Positions 26,560-35,490 of a stretch of DNA of 64,000 nt are shown here, in pieces. The notes under the pieces were generated by a model, which was not told where the DNA came from, searched no databases, and saw only the letters and a list, made by a program, of their open reading frames with translations. The stretch is from the NCBI GenBank assembly GCA_963725105.1, contig CAVRXZ010000017.1:3975-67974 (forward strand), given 5' to 3'. Made by a program: the position numbers and the translations under genes. Each line of letters begins with the position of its first letter. Within the stretch, counting starts at the first letter, position 1. Source of the DNA: an uncultured Acidobacteriota bacterium (GTDB lineage Bacteria; Acidobacteriota; Vicinamibacteria; Vicinamibacterales; CAVVIG01).

Positions 26560-27982
26560 CTAGCGCTTCTTCGGAACAAGTCGGAAGATTTTGTCCGACC
26601 CTGGTGACGCCGCCGCCGGCCTGCTGTCGGTCATCACATAGAGGGCGCCGTCGGGTCCCTGCTTCACGTCGCGGAACCTCGTGCCGTTCAGCTCTTCCAG
26701 CAGGAATTCCTCACCCGCCACGCGCATGCCTTCCGGTGTCTCTTTCAGCGCGAGACGCCTGACCTTCCTGCCGAAGTTCGGTGACATCGTTGCGATGAAC
26801 AGATCGCCTCGCCATTCGGGGAACAGGTTGCCGGTATAGAAGGTCATTCCCGACGGCGCTACCGACGGCGTCCAGAAATAGACGGGCTGCTCCATGCCTT
26901 CCTTTGCCGTCAATCCTCCGTTGATCAGCTCGCCCGTGTACTCCCGTCCGTAGGTGATAGTGGGGAATCCGTAGTTCTTTCCCTTCTGGATCATGTTGAC
27001 TTCGTCACCGCCCATCGGGCCGCTTTCGGCGGTCCAGAGACGGCCCTGCGGATCAAACGCCATGCCTTGTGCGTCCCGGACGCCGAAGGCCCAGATTTCG
27101 GGCCGGGTATCAGCGCGGCCGACGAACGGGTTGTCCGGGGGAATCGAGCCGTCGTTGTTGATGTGCAGCACCTTGCCCATGAGGCTGCCGGGCAGCTGCG
27201 ATTGCGTCCAGTCTCTCGAGTAAATGCCTCTGCCGGCCAGCGGACCGGAATCGATGAAGAGCGAGCCGTCCGGCGCCTGAATCAGTCGGCCGTCGATTCC
27301 CTGCGTGTTCAGCAGCACCTTGAAGTCGGTGATTGCCTTCTCGTCGTCTGAAAGGCGGCCCCGCCCGACCCACTCGAGGTCGGGATAGTGGACAGGGAAG
27401 TCCTCCTCGCGCGGTCCGATGTCGCCAGCCTCCTTCGGCGGCTGGCGATAGACGAAGTAGATGGTGCGGTTGCGCGCGAAGTCGCGGTCGGGAACTGAAT
27501 CGAGCAGGACGTTGGCGCGCTTGGTGAAATCAAGAGGCAGGCCGGTGACGATAGGTGGTCCAGGCCGTCCGTTCTTGTCGATGATTCGCACCCCGCCGCG
27601 CGTTTCACTGATGAGGATGCGGCCGTCCGCAAGAAAGTTGAGCGACCAGGGATTCGAGATCCCTTCGGCGAAGGTTTCGACCTGGTACGCGGCAATCTTT
27701 GCGGGTTTCGGCGCTCGCGTCTGGCCCGCCCAGGCAGGCTGCGGCGTGTAGTAGTCGACGGCCTTGTCCAGCTCGGTGACCAGCGCTCTCATCTTCGCGT
27801 CGAATGCCGGAGGCCTCGGCGCGTCCTCGTACCCGGGAAGGACGATGGCGGTCGGGCCTTTTCCAATGGCGCCTGCGCCGGAGCGGCAGAGTCTGGATCT
27901 TCCCTTGAGCCCAGACGCCCGCAACGGTCAGCGCGACGACAGACATTCCAGCCAGATACATCCACAGTCGACGGTCATGCAT
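26560..27982 (-). CDS. PQQ-dependent sugar dehydrogenase (soluble glucose/sorbosone dehydrogenase family), one apparent frameshift near 27880-27900
   Basis: The body is ORF 26560-27924 (YQVETFAEGISNPWSLNFLADGRILISETRGGVRIIDKNG, AFGVRDAQGMAFDPQGRLW, GGDEVNMIQKGKNYGFP). The signal peptide MHDRRLWMYLAGMSVVALTVAGVWAQG is in ORF 27605-28021, with ATG at 27982. Confidence 0.75.
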
Positions 27983-28120
27983 GACGTTTTTCTCCCATGA
28001 TCTCCCAGCGGGGCGGTCCATTCTATCGGTATCCGATCAGCGGTGCGAAGTGTAACACCTGCCCGGGTCGTGACACTTCCTACTGAACGGCTCACTTGCA
28101 GCCCGTCAGAAGGAGGCAGC

Positions 28121-28885
28121 ATGGCTCGCATCGATGAGATCGCGGCGGATCTGTATCGGATTTCGATTTACGTGCCGCAGTTCGACCTGCAGTTCAACCA
28201 CTTCCTGGTCAAGGACGAGCAGCCGCTGCTGTTCCATACCGGCATGCGACGGATGTTCCCCGAAGTCCGCGAGGCGGTCTCGACGCTCATGGACCCCGCG
28301 TCGCTCCGGTGGATTGGCTGGAGCCATTTCGAAGTCGATGAGTGCGGCGCACTCAACCAGTGGCTCGACATCGCTCCTCAGGCGCAGCCGATCTGCACTG
28401 AGGTCGGAGCGCTGGTGAACATCCAGGATTTCGCGAATCGCCCGCCTCGCGGCCTTCGACCCGACGAGGTGATTGATACGGGGCGCCACCTGTATCGCAT
28501 CGTGCCGACTCCGCATCTGCCGCACGGGTGGGACGCCGGCATGCTGTTCGAGGAACGTGAGCGCGTGCTCCTGTGCTCCGACCTGTTCCACCAACTGGGC
28601 GAACGTGAGCCGCTGACGACCGACGATGTCGTCGATCGGTTTGGGCAGGCCATAGAGGCCTATCAGGCCAACCCGGTTCTCATGGACTACATGCCTTTCA
28701 CGGCCGAGACGCGCAATCAGCTGAAGCGGCTGGCGGCACTCGAGCCGCGGCTGCTCGCCGCCATGCACGGATCGTCGTTCAGTGGTGACGGCGCGGCCGC
28801 GCTCGAAGCGGCAGCCGACGTGATGCAGAAGCATTTGAGCGTTCCCTCGGGACCCGAAGGGCGAAAGGTGGGAGCCATTGCTTGA
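28121..28885 (+). CDS. MBL-fold protein with flavodiiron/ODP-type di-iron ligand pattern
   Basis: RBS aggagg at 28111-28116. The sequence begins MARIDEIAADLYRISIYVPQFDLQFNHFLVKDEQPLLFHTG. Ligand-type motifs are WSHFEVDECG (H-x-E-x-D-E), VPTPHLPHGW, LLCSDLF and AAMHGSSF. No signal peptide. The stop overlaps the TTG start of the downstream sigma factor (TTGA). Confidence 0.7.
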   Translation: MARIDEIAADLYRISIYVPQFDLQFNHFLVKDEQPLLFHTGMRRMFPEVREAVSTLMDPASLRWIGWSHFEVDECGALNQWLDIAPQAQPICTEVGALVNIQDFANRPPRGLRPDEVIDTGRHLYRIVPTPHLPHGWDAGMLFEERERVLLCSDLFHQLGEREPLTTDDVVDRFGQAIEAYQANPVLMDYMPFTAETRNQLKRLAALEPRLLAAMHGSSFSGDGAAALEAAADVMQKHLSVPSGPEGRKVGAIA

Positions 28886-29497
28886 CCACGCCGATCGCGA
28901 CTGTTAACGTCGCCGACGTGCCGGCAGGTCCAGATGTATCCACGCGGTCGGTTTCGGATGGTGAATTGGCGAGACGGATCGCCACGGCGTCACCAGGGAA
29001 CGCAGGAACGGAAGAGGCCGAGCTGTATCGTCGTTTCGCCCCGCGCGTGCGTCTCTACGGTATCAGGCACCTTCGCGACGAGGCGGCGGCGCAGGACCTC
29101 GCGCAGGACGTCCTCTTCGTCGCCATCGAACGCCTTCGCGCCGGATGAGGTCCGCAAGCCTGATGAAATCGGTTCCTTCATTCTTGGGACAAGTCGCGTG
29201 ATGGCTGGAGCGCTCAAGCGGACCGAACGGCGGCGTCAGTCTCTGATCGAACGCTTCGACTGGGCGGATCGCGTGGAGCCTCCGTCGGGCCTCGAACTCG
29301 ATCTCAATCGGGTCGAGCGCTGCCTGCAGGCGCTGGGCGAACGCGATCGCACTGTGCTGATTCTCTGCTTTTACGCCGAGAAGACTTCGAACGAGATCGC
29401 CCGCGATCTCGGGCTGACGAGTGGAGCGGTCCGGACTGTTCGCCATCGTGCGCTCGATCGCTTGCGACAATGCGTCGAATTGAGGACCGCAGGATGA
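28882..29497 (+). CDS. ECF (sigma-70 family group 4) RNA polymerase sigma factor, one apparent frameshift near 29140-29150; start uncertain
   Basis: Region 2 is in ORF 28882-29148 (AELYRRFAPRVRLYGIRHLRDEAAAQDLAQDVLFVAIERLRAG). Region 4 is in ORF 28934-29497 (LGERDRTVLILCFYAEKTSNEIARDLGLTSGAVRTVRHRALDRLRQC). TTG 28882 and in-frame GTG 28918 are both possible starts. Confidence 0.7.
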
Positions 29498-30069
29498 CTG
29501 ATGTGTCGTGTGCGGACCCGCTCCTCGCCGGTGATGTGGCCGACTACTGGGCCGGCGACATCGAGAAATCGACGGCAGAACGGATAGAAGAGCACGTTTT
29601 CACGTGCGCCGAGTGTGCGCGACGCCTCGCCGAAGGCGAAGCGCTCGCCAGAGCCATCGTCGACGTCGTGCGGGCAGGTCGCTTCCAGGCCGTTGTGACC
29701 GACGCCGTGCTCAATCGAATGGCACGCGAGGGCGTGCGGGTTCGCAGCTATGTGCTCGAACCGGGAACGACAGTCGCCTGCGCTGTCTGGCCGGACGATG
29801 AGGTGGTCGTGACGCGCCTTCGGGCAGACCTCGCCGGTCTCGAAACGGTCGATGTCTTGATGCAACTCGAGTCCGGCGTGGAGGTCAGCCGCGCGTCTGA
29901 TGTCCCGGTTTCCCCAGCGCAGGAAGAGATCGTGGACGCGATGTCAGCGGCGCTGCTTCGGCAGATGCCCTCGTCGCGGGTTCGAGTGAGTGTGATGGGA
30001 CGCGTTGGCGACGCCGTGCGACTCGTCGCCGAGTACTTGCTCGAGCACACGGGTAACGATCCCCGTTGA
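29494..30069 (+). CDS. Soluble zinc-binding (ZAS, zf-HC2) anti-sigma factor
   Basis: ATG overlaps the sigma stop (ATGA at 29494-29497). The sequence MTDVSCADPLLAGDVADYWAGDIEKSTAERIEEHVFTCAECARRL contains H-x3-C-x2-C. No hydrophobic transmembrane segment is present in the 191 aa. Confidence 0.7.
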   Translation: MTDVSCADPLLAGDVADYWAGDIEKSTAERIEEHVFTCAECARRLAEGEALARAIVDVVRAGRFQAVVTDAVLNRMAREGVRVRSYVLEPGTTVACAVWPDDEVVVTRLRADLAGLETVDVLMQLESGVEVSRASDVPVSPAQEEIVDAMSAALLRQMPSSRVRVSVMGRVGDAVRLVAEYLLEHTGNDPR

Positions 30070-30139
30070 CTTTCGTCTTATGTTCGCCTAATGTGCTCAC
30101 CTCCCCCCGGGCACGGGCGGGCTTGCGATTGGAGGCGAC

Positions 30140-30623
30140 ATGGACGAGAAAGCGCTCATTCTGAAAGTTCTGGAAGCGGGAAGGAACCGCGACGCGGAAA
30201 GTGATTTCACGGATCCCTCAGGATCGGTCGGACTACAAGCCGGACCCCAAATCACGCAATGCTCGCGAAATCGCGTGGCTCATCGTCCGCGAGGAAATCA
30301 TTCTCGCAGACGGGCTCGAGAAGGGCGTGCTCGAATGGGTCGACGTGCCGACGCCGGCGAGCGTCAAGGAGATCGTCGACACATACGAGCGCCATCACGA
30401 CCAGGTTACGGCAAAGCTCGAAGGCTTGTCCTCGGCGCAATGGGAGCGGCAGGTGCCGTTCATGTTCGGTGGACAGGAAGTGATGAAGGAGACCGGCTAC
30501 GAACACGTGTGGGGGTTTCTCCTCGACATCATTCACCACCGTGGCCAGCTCTCGACGTACTTGCGGCCGATGGGCGCCAAGGTGCCGTCTATTTACGGGC
30601 CGAGCGCAGACGAGGGAATGTAG
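30140..30623 (+). CDS. DinB family protein, one apparent frameshift near 30180-30200
   Basis: ATG 30140 gives MDEKALILKVLEAGRN. The sequence then continues in ORF 30201-30623 as KVISRIPQDRSDYKPDPKSRNAREIAWLI...LLDIIHHRGQLSTYLRPMGAKVPSIYGPSADE, a typical DinB_2 C-terminus. Confidence 0.7.
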
Positions 30624-30650
30624 GCTCCGAGTGGTTCGGGTGCGCGCCGG

Positions 30651-31021
30651 CTACGACTCCACGCACGTGAAATTGGCGGCGCTGTTCTCGCTGCCGGGCG
30701 CGCCGGTGAACCTGGGCCACTTCGGCCACTCGCACAGCGGTCGGGTGCGGTTGGCGTTCGGGTTGCCGTCGACCGCGGTCAGCCCCGCGGGAGCCTGGCC
30801 CTTCTCGACCCAGTCCTGCTGCCGGTGACCTTGCAGAAGTCGCCGTTCGCGTTGCCGCTATCTGATGCTGCCACCGGGACGGCTGTCTGCACGACGGCCC
30901 CGCTCGTGTCGAGGCCGATCGCGGATGCCGGAATCGACAGCCCCTGCAGACTCGCGCACGCCGGGAACGGCAATCGCGTGAGGCTGTCCTGTGCGGTTCC
31001 CGCGAGTATGGCAAGACCCAT
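30651..31021 (-). pseudogene. Tannase/feruloyl-esterase family relic: signal peptide and N-terminal segment joined to the C-terminal segment, catalytic core missing
   Basis: ATG 31021 gives MGLAILAGTAQDSLTRLPFPACASLQGLSIPASAIGLDTSGAVVQTAVPVAASDSGNANGDFCKVTG, the N-terminal C..L.gL.lP...I...FC+V.G pattern. At about 30818-30824 a frame change leads to QQDWVEKGQAPAGLTAVDGNPNANRTRPLCEWPKWPRFTGAPGSENSAANFTCVES*, the family C-terminal pattern. Roughly 400 aa of alpha/beta-hydrolase core are absent. Confidence 0.55.
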
Positions 31022-31127
31022 GATGAGCGGCCTCAATACCTGAAGAAATTCTTCAGACGCGACTGGATGGTAGCGCGACGAGCGCAAGGTGTCTATCATT
31101 GCGACGCGCAGCCCGAGGGCGCCTTCC

Positions 31128-32741
31128 ATGAGCCTTGGTAGTCGTCTCCTGCAGCGGGTGCTGCACCTTCCACCGCCGCTGACCAGGGATCTGATCGTCG
31201 AACGCGATCTGCGTGTACCGATGCGTGACGGGGTCGATCTGCTGGCCGACCGTTGGGCCCCGAGAGCCGGGGCTGCCAACCTGCCAACCGCGCTCATTCG
31301 CATTCCGTACGGCAGACGTGGCCTGATCGGCGCGCAGCTCGTCAGGCCGATTGCCGAGCGTGGATTCCAGGTCCTGATTCAGAGCACGCGCGGCGGTTTC
31401 GGCTCCGGTGGCACCTTCGACCCACTGCGCTGCGAGCGCGAGGATGGCCTCGCCACGGTAGAGTGGCTGGTAAAACAACCCTGGCGACGTGGACCGATCG
31501 TGTTGTACGGCGGTAGTTACATGGGTTTTGTCCAGTGGGCGATCGCGGATCGGCTGCCGCCGGAGGTCAAGGCGATGATTCCGGCAATATCCGAATCGGC
31601 GTTCACGCTGGAGTTCCTCCGCAAAGACGGATTCTCTCTGGAGGCGCCGTTCAGTTGGGGTATGCAGGTCGCGCGTCAGGAAGCACCATGGGCCATGCTG
31701 CATCAGCTGCTGGACGTGCGAAAGGGTCAACGCGCACTGTCCACGCTGCCGCTCAATCAGGCCGATGTCGCCGCCATGGGTCGACGCTCAGAATACTTCC
31801 AGGACTGTCTCGCCTACGACGCAGACTCGCCGCGATGGGGGGTCATCGACAACAGTCACCGGGTTGCCGAGATCACGGTGCCGGTCAGTTCGGTCGGCGG
31901 CTGGTACGACATCTTCCTGCCCGGCCAGCTTCGCGACTTTCACGCGCTGCAAGCGGCCGGACGGCCGGCTCGGTTGACGATTGGTCCGTGGTCGCACATC
32001 TCGCTGAGTGTGGGGGCGAGCACCGTCCGCGAGATGCTTGATTTTGGGCTGGCCCACGCCCGGGGCGAGCAGCCATCCGACCGCGCCCCGGTGCGCCTGT
32101 TCGTGATGGGCGAGGCGGCGTGGCGCGACTTTCCGGCGTGGCCGCCGCCAGGTTACACGGCTCGGCGATTCCACCTTCAACCCCGTGGCGCCCTGTCCAC
32201 CGATCCGCCAGACGAGTCGGATCCGGACACCTATCGATACGACCCTGCCGATCCGACTCCCTCGTCCGGCGGCGTCCGCATGGCGATCGGCGTCAAATCG
32301 GGTCGTGTTGACAATACCTCTTTGGAAGCGCGACCTGACGTGTTGACCTACACCACCGCCACGCTCGACCAGGATCTTGAGGTCATCGGCGACGTCAGCG
32401 CCGAGATCTGGTTCCGCTCCACCCTGCGCTACGCCGACGTGTTCGTGCGACTGTGCGACGTGGACCCTCGAGGCCGATCGCATAACGTGTGTGACGGCCT
32501 GACCAGTCTGACGACCGCCGACCACATCACGTGTGCGAAGGTGCGGCTGTGGCCGACCGCTCACCGCTTCAAGCGCGGCCACCGCATTCGAGTCCAGGTG
32601 TCCAGCGGAGCGTTCCCGCGTTACAACCGAAACCCGGGCACCGGCGAATGCAGAGCGACGGCCACAGCTCTTCGCGCCGCAGATCAGAAGGTGTTTCACG
32701 ATTCGGCGCATCCCTCTGGGGTGATCCTGCCGGCTCGCTAG
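31128..32741 (+). CDS. CocE/NonD family hydrolase (X-Pro dipeptidyl-peptidase S15 family)
   Basis: Translation from ATG 31128 gives MSLGSRLLQRVLHLPPPL...VPMRDGVDLLADRWAP. Later blocks are GGSYMGFVQWA, TIGPWSH and the C-terminal beta-sandwich segment RLCDVDPRGRSHNVCDG...FKRGHRIRVQVSSGAFPRYNRNPGTG. Confidence 0.85.
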   Translation: MSLGSRLLQRVLHLPPPLTRDLIVERDLRVPMRDGVDLLADRWAPRAGAANLPTALIRIPYGRRGLIGAQLVRPIAERGFQVLIQSTRGGFGSGGTFDPLRCEREDGLATVEWLVKQPWRRGPIVLYGGSYMGFVQWAIADRLPPEVKAMIPAISESAFTLEFLRKDGFSLEAPFSWGMQVARQEAPWAMLHQLLDVRKGQRALSTLPLNQADVAAMGRRSEYFQDCLAYDADSPRWGVIDNSHRVAEITVPVSSVGGWYDIFLPGQLRDFHALQAAGRPARLTIGPWSHISLSVGASTVREMLDFGLAHARGEQPSDRAPVRLFVMGEAAWRDFPAWPPPGYTARRFHLQPRGALSTDPPDESDPDTYRYDPADPTPSSGGVRMAIGVKSGRVDNTSLEARPDVLTYTTATLDQDLEVIGDVSAEIWFRSTLRYADVFVRLCDVDPRGRSHNVCDGLTSLTTADHITCAKVRLWPTAHRFKRGHRIRVQVSSGAFPRYNRNPGTGECRATATALRAADQKVFHDSAHPSGVILPAR

Positions 32742-34096
32742 GTCGCCGAGACCGGAGTTGGATGGACGCGACGTGCCTCGCCCTCCACGCGCGGCCGATC
32801 GGATTCGAGCTTGAGCGCGAGCAGCACGAGCGCACCCAGGAACGAGCCGAGGGCCAACGTCTGAGCGACCGCTGGCAGTGAATAGCCCGCTGCAAAGAGG
32901 AACCCGGCGATGATCGGCGCCAGCACGGAACCGCCGCGTCCGACTCCAATCGCGAAGCCGGTGCCGAACGCGCGGACGTGCGTCGGAAACACCTGGGCGA
33001 TGATCGCGTAGAGGCCCACAATCCCCGCGTTGGTGCAGAAGCCGGCCGCGGCGCAGACGAGCGACAATTGCTGGAGGTCGGCCGGCGTCCGTCCGAAGAT
33101 CGCCACCGTCACGGTGGAGGCGAGCAGTACCGCAATCGTCAACATCTTCACGCTGTACCGCTGCGTGAGGAGCCCTAGGATCGCGCCGCCGAGGGCGCCC
33201 CCCACATTGGTCCACACGAGCACGCCGGCTGCCGAAGACGCCGCGAAGCCCAGATCGACGACAATCTTGGGAACCCACTTCACGATGAAGTAGAACGTGG
33301 TGATGTGAAGGAAGTACGCGAGCGTCACGATCACCGTTCCGGCGACGAACTCGGGTGCGAAAATGTCGCCGATTGATCGCGTGCGTGCTTCCGCCGCGAT
33401 CTCCGGCAGTCGAGAGACGGTGCCGCGGCCCATCCGGGTCAGCGTGCGATTGACTTTCTCGAGCGCTTCAGCGGGCTGTTTGCGCGCGAGCCAATGAACC
33501 GATTCGGGTACGAACAAGAAGACGATCGGAATCAGGGCCGTCGTCACGCTCGCGCCGAGGTAGAAGACCACGCGCCAGTCGTTGCCCCGAAGGAGACGGG
33601 CGGCGACGAGGCCGCCGACCACGGCACCGAGCGGATAACCGATCGACATGAGCGAGACGCTCAGATGCCGGCGCCGTGTGTTCGAGAATTCAGCCGCGAC
33701 CGCGTTGATCCCTGCGAGCATGCCGCCAATGCCGAGCCCGGTGACGACTCGCCAGATGGAAAGGGCCACGAGTCCGCTCGCCGTCGTCGGCATGACCATG
33801 CCCACCGCCATCACCACAAGGCATCCGAGGATTGTCGGGCGACGCCCAACCTTGTCTGCGACGCCGCCGAGGATCATCGAGCCGACGGCCATGCCGAGGA
33901 GCTCCATCGACAGCACGATTCCGAGAGCCGCGCGGTCGATGCCCCATTCCTGCGCGATCCCCGGCGACGCAAAGCTGATCGAGAGGACATCGAAGCCGTC
34001 GAGCGCGTTCAGGCCAACCGTGATCGCGACGACGACGATCTGGAGCGGGCTCATCGCCGAACCGGCCACGACATCCCGCGGGTCGCTGGTGTTCAT
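32738..34096 (-). CDS. MFS transporter, aromatic acid:H+ symporter (AAHS, PcaK/benzoate-type) family
   Basis: 452-aa ORF with the blocks LQIVVVAITVGLNALDGFDVLSISFASPGIAQEWG and GGVADKVGRRPT and 12 hydrophobic segments. The 3' end overlaps the convergent 31128-32741 gene by 4 nt. Confidence 0.8.
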   Translation of the reverse strand: MNTSDPRDVVAGSAMSPLQIVVVAITVGLNALDGFDVLSISFASPGIAQEWGIDRAALGIVLSMELLGMAVGSMILGGVADKVGRRPTILGCLVVMAVGMVMPTTASGLVALSIWRVVTGLGIGGMLAGINAVAAEFSNTRRRHLSVSLMSIGYPLGAVVGGLVAARLLRGNDWRVVFYLGASVTTALIPIVFLFVPESVHWLARKQPAEALEKVNRTLTRMGRGTVSRLPEIAAEARTRSIGDIFAPEFVAGTVIVTLAYFLHITTFYFIVKWVPKIVVDLGFAASSAAGVLVWTNVGGALGGAILGLLTQRYSVKMLTIAVLLASTVTVAIFGRTPADLQQLSLVCAAAGFCTNAGIVGLYAIIAQVFPTHVRAFGTGFAIGVGRGGSVLAPIIAGFLFAAGYSLPAVAQTLALGSFLGALVLLALKLESDRPRVEGEARRVHPTPVSAT

Positions 34097-34203
34097 CTTA
34101 GGCCACGAACTGACTCGGAGAGGATACGCCTGAGGGCGTGCGAGCTCCAGGGGGGATCCAGGTATGATCGGGCCTCCGCGGCCAGACCAGAGCGGAGGGT
34201 GAC

Positions 34204-35436
34204 ATGGGCATCGGGATCGTCGGAGCCGGTACGGCGGGCCTCCATCTCGCGCTCCTCCTGCAACAGCACAGCGTCGACTTCACGCTGTATGCCGAGCGAT
34301 CTCCAGACGAGGTCCGCGGCGGGAAGCTTCCGAACACCGTCATCCACAACTACCGCACCCGCGGCCGGGAGCGGGCGCTCGGCGCCAACCACTGGGACGA
34401 GGCCGGAATCGGCATCGAGGGACACTGGCACTACATCGCCGGCGAGCGGCCGCTCTCCTTCCCCGGTTACTTCAACGGCAAGAGCATGGGTATCGACTAC
34501 CGTCTCTACCAGTCGACGCTGCTCGAGGACGTCGAGGCACGAGGCGGACGCGTTGTCTACAAGGCGGTGGGAGTGGACGATCTCGATACGCTCGGCGAAC
34601 GCCACGACTTGGTCGTGGTCTGCACCGGTCGCGGCGGCTTCGGGGAAGTCTTCCCGCCCATTGCAGGCAGGTCGCCTTTCAAGACGCCGGCGCGACTCAT
34701 CGCGGCTGGCCTCTTCACCGGTGTCAGCCACGAGGGCGACCAGCAGTATGTGACGCTCTCGATCGCACCGCCCCACGGAGAGTTCGTGGAGGCGCCGATG
34801 CACTCGTTTGAAGGCAACGTAGCCGTGCTGCTCTTCGAGTGCATCCCTGGCGGAGACTTCGAGTGGCTGGCGCGAACCCCCTACGCAGACGACCCGAAGC
34901 GATACGAGCGCGGCGTGCTCGAGATCTTGCGTGTGTACAACCCGGTGGTCTTCGAGCGCGTCGATCCGGCATTGTTCGGGCTCACGCGGCCGGACAGCCT
35001 CCTGCAGGGCGCAGTCACGCCGACCGTGCGGCAGTCACACGCGCGCCTTGCGAACGGCAAGATCGCCGTTGCCCTCGGCGACGCGCACGTGACGATCGAT
35101 CCGGTCTGCGGTCTGGGCGCGAACGCCGCGTCCTTCGCGGCCTGGACGCTTGGCGAGGCGATCGTCGAAGGCTTGCCCTTCGACGAACAGTTCTGTCGCA
35201 CCGTCGACGAGCGGCGGCTGCCGAGGATCCTCGGCGCCTTCGATTTCACCAACTTCATGCTGCGACCGCAGCCTCACCTGTTCGACGTGATCGGCGCGAT
35301 GTCACAGAACCTGTCGCTGGCCAACGACTTCACGGAGGGCTTCACCGAGCCTGAACGTCAGTGGCGGAACATGGAGAGTGCCGCGGCGACGGCTGCCTAC
35401 CTACGGGTGTTCGTCCCGCCTGTGACGGCCGGCTAG
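34204..35436 (+). CDS. StyA-like flavoprotein monooxygenase (styrene/indole monooxygenase family)
   Basis: The N-terminus MGIGIVGAGTAGLHLALLLQQHSVDFTLYAERSPDEV...LPNTVIHN resembles the StyA N-terminus as I recall it (..IGIVGAGTAGLHLGLFL.QH.VDVTVYT.R.PDE). The length of 410 aa fits. No StyB-like reductase is adjacent. Confidence 0.65.
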   Translation: MGIGIVGAGTAGLHLALLLQQHSVDFTLYAERSPDEVRGGKLPNTVIHNYRTRGRERALGANHWDEAGIGIEGHWHYIAGERPLSFPGYFNGKSMGIDYRLYQSTLLEDVEARGGRVVYKAVGVDDLDTLGERHDLVVVCTGRGGFGEVFPPIAGRSPFKTPARLIAAGLFTGVSHEGDQQYVTLSIAPPHGEFVEAPMHSFEGNVAVLLFECIPGGDFEWLARTPYADDPKRYERGVLEILRVYNPVVFERVDPALFGLTRPDSLLQGAVTPTVRQSHARLANGKIAVALGDAHVTIDPVCGLGANAASFAAWTLGEAIVEGLPFDEQFCRTVDERRLPRILGAFDFTNFMLRPQPHLFDVIGAMSQNLSLANDFTEGFTEPERQWRNMESAAATAAYLRVFVPPVTAG

Positions 35437-35490
35437 CGGCCCGAGGCCGTCGCGTCATCAGTGATGCTCGGCGCCCTGTCATCTGAGCGA

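Noticed and set aside
31788-34753. Long ORFs 31788-33278(-) and 33494-34753(+)
   Set aside because: They are antisense to the CocE/NonD hydrolase and the AAHS MFS transporter respectively. Their composition is Arg/Pro-rich and no domain is recognisable.
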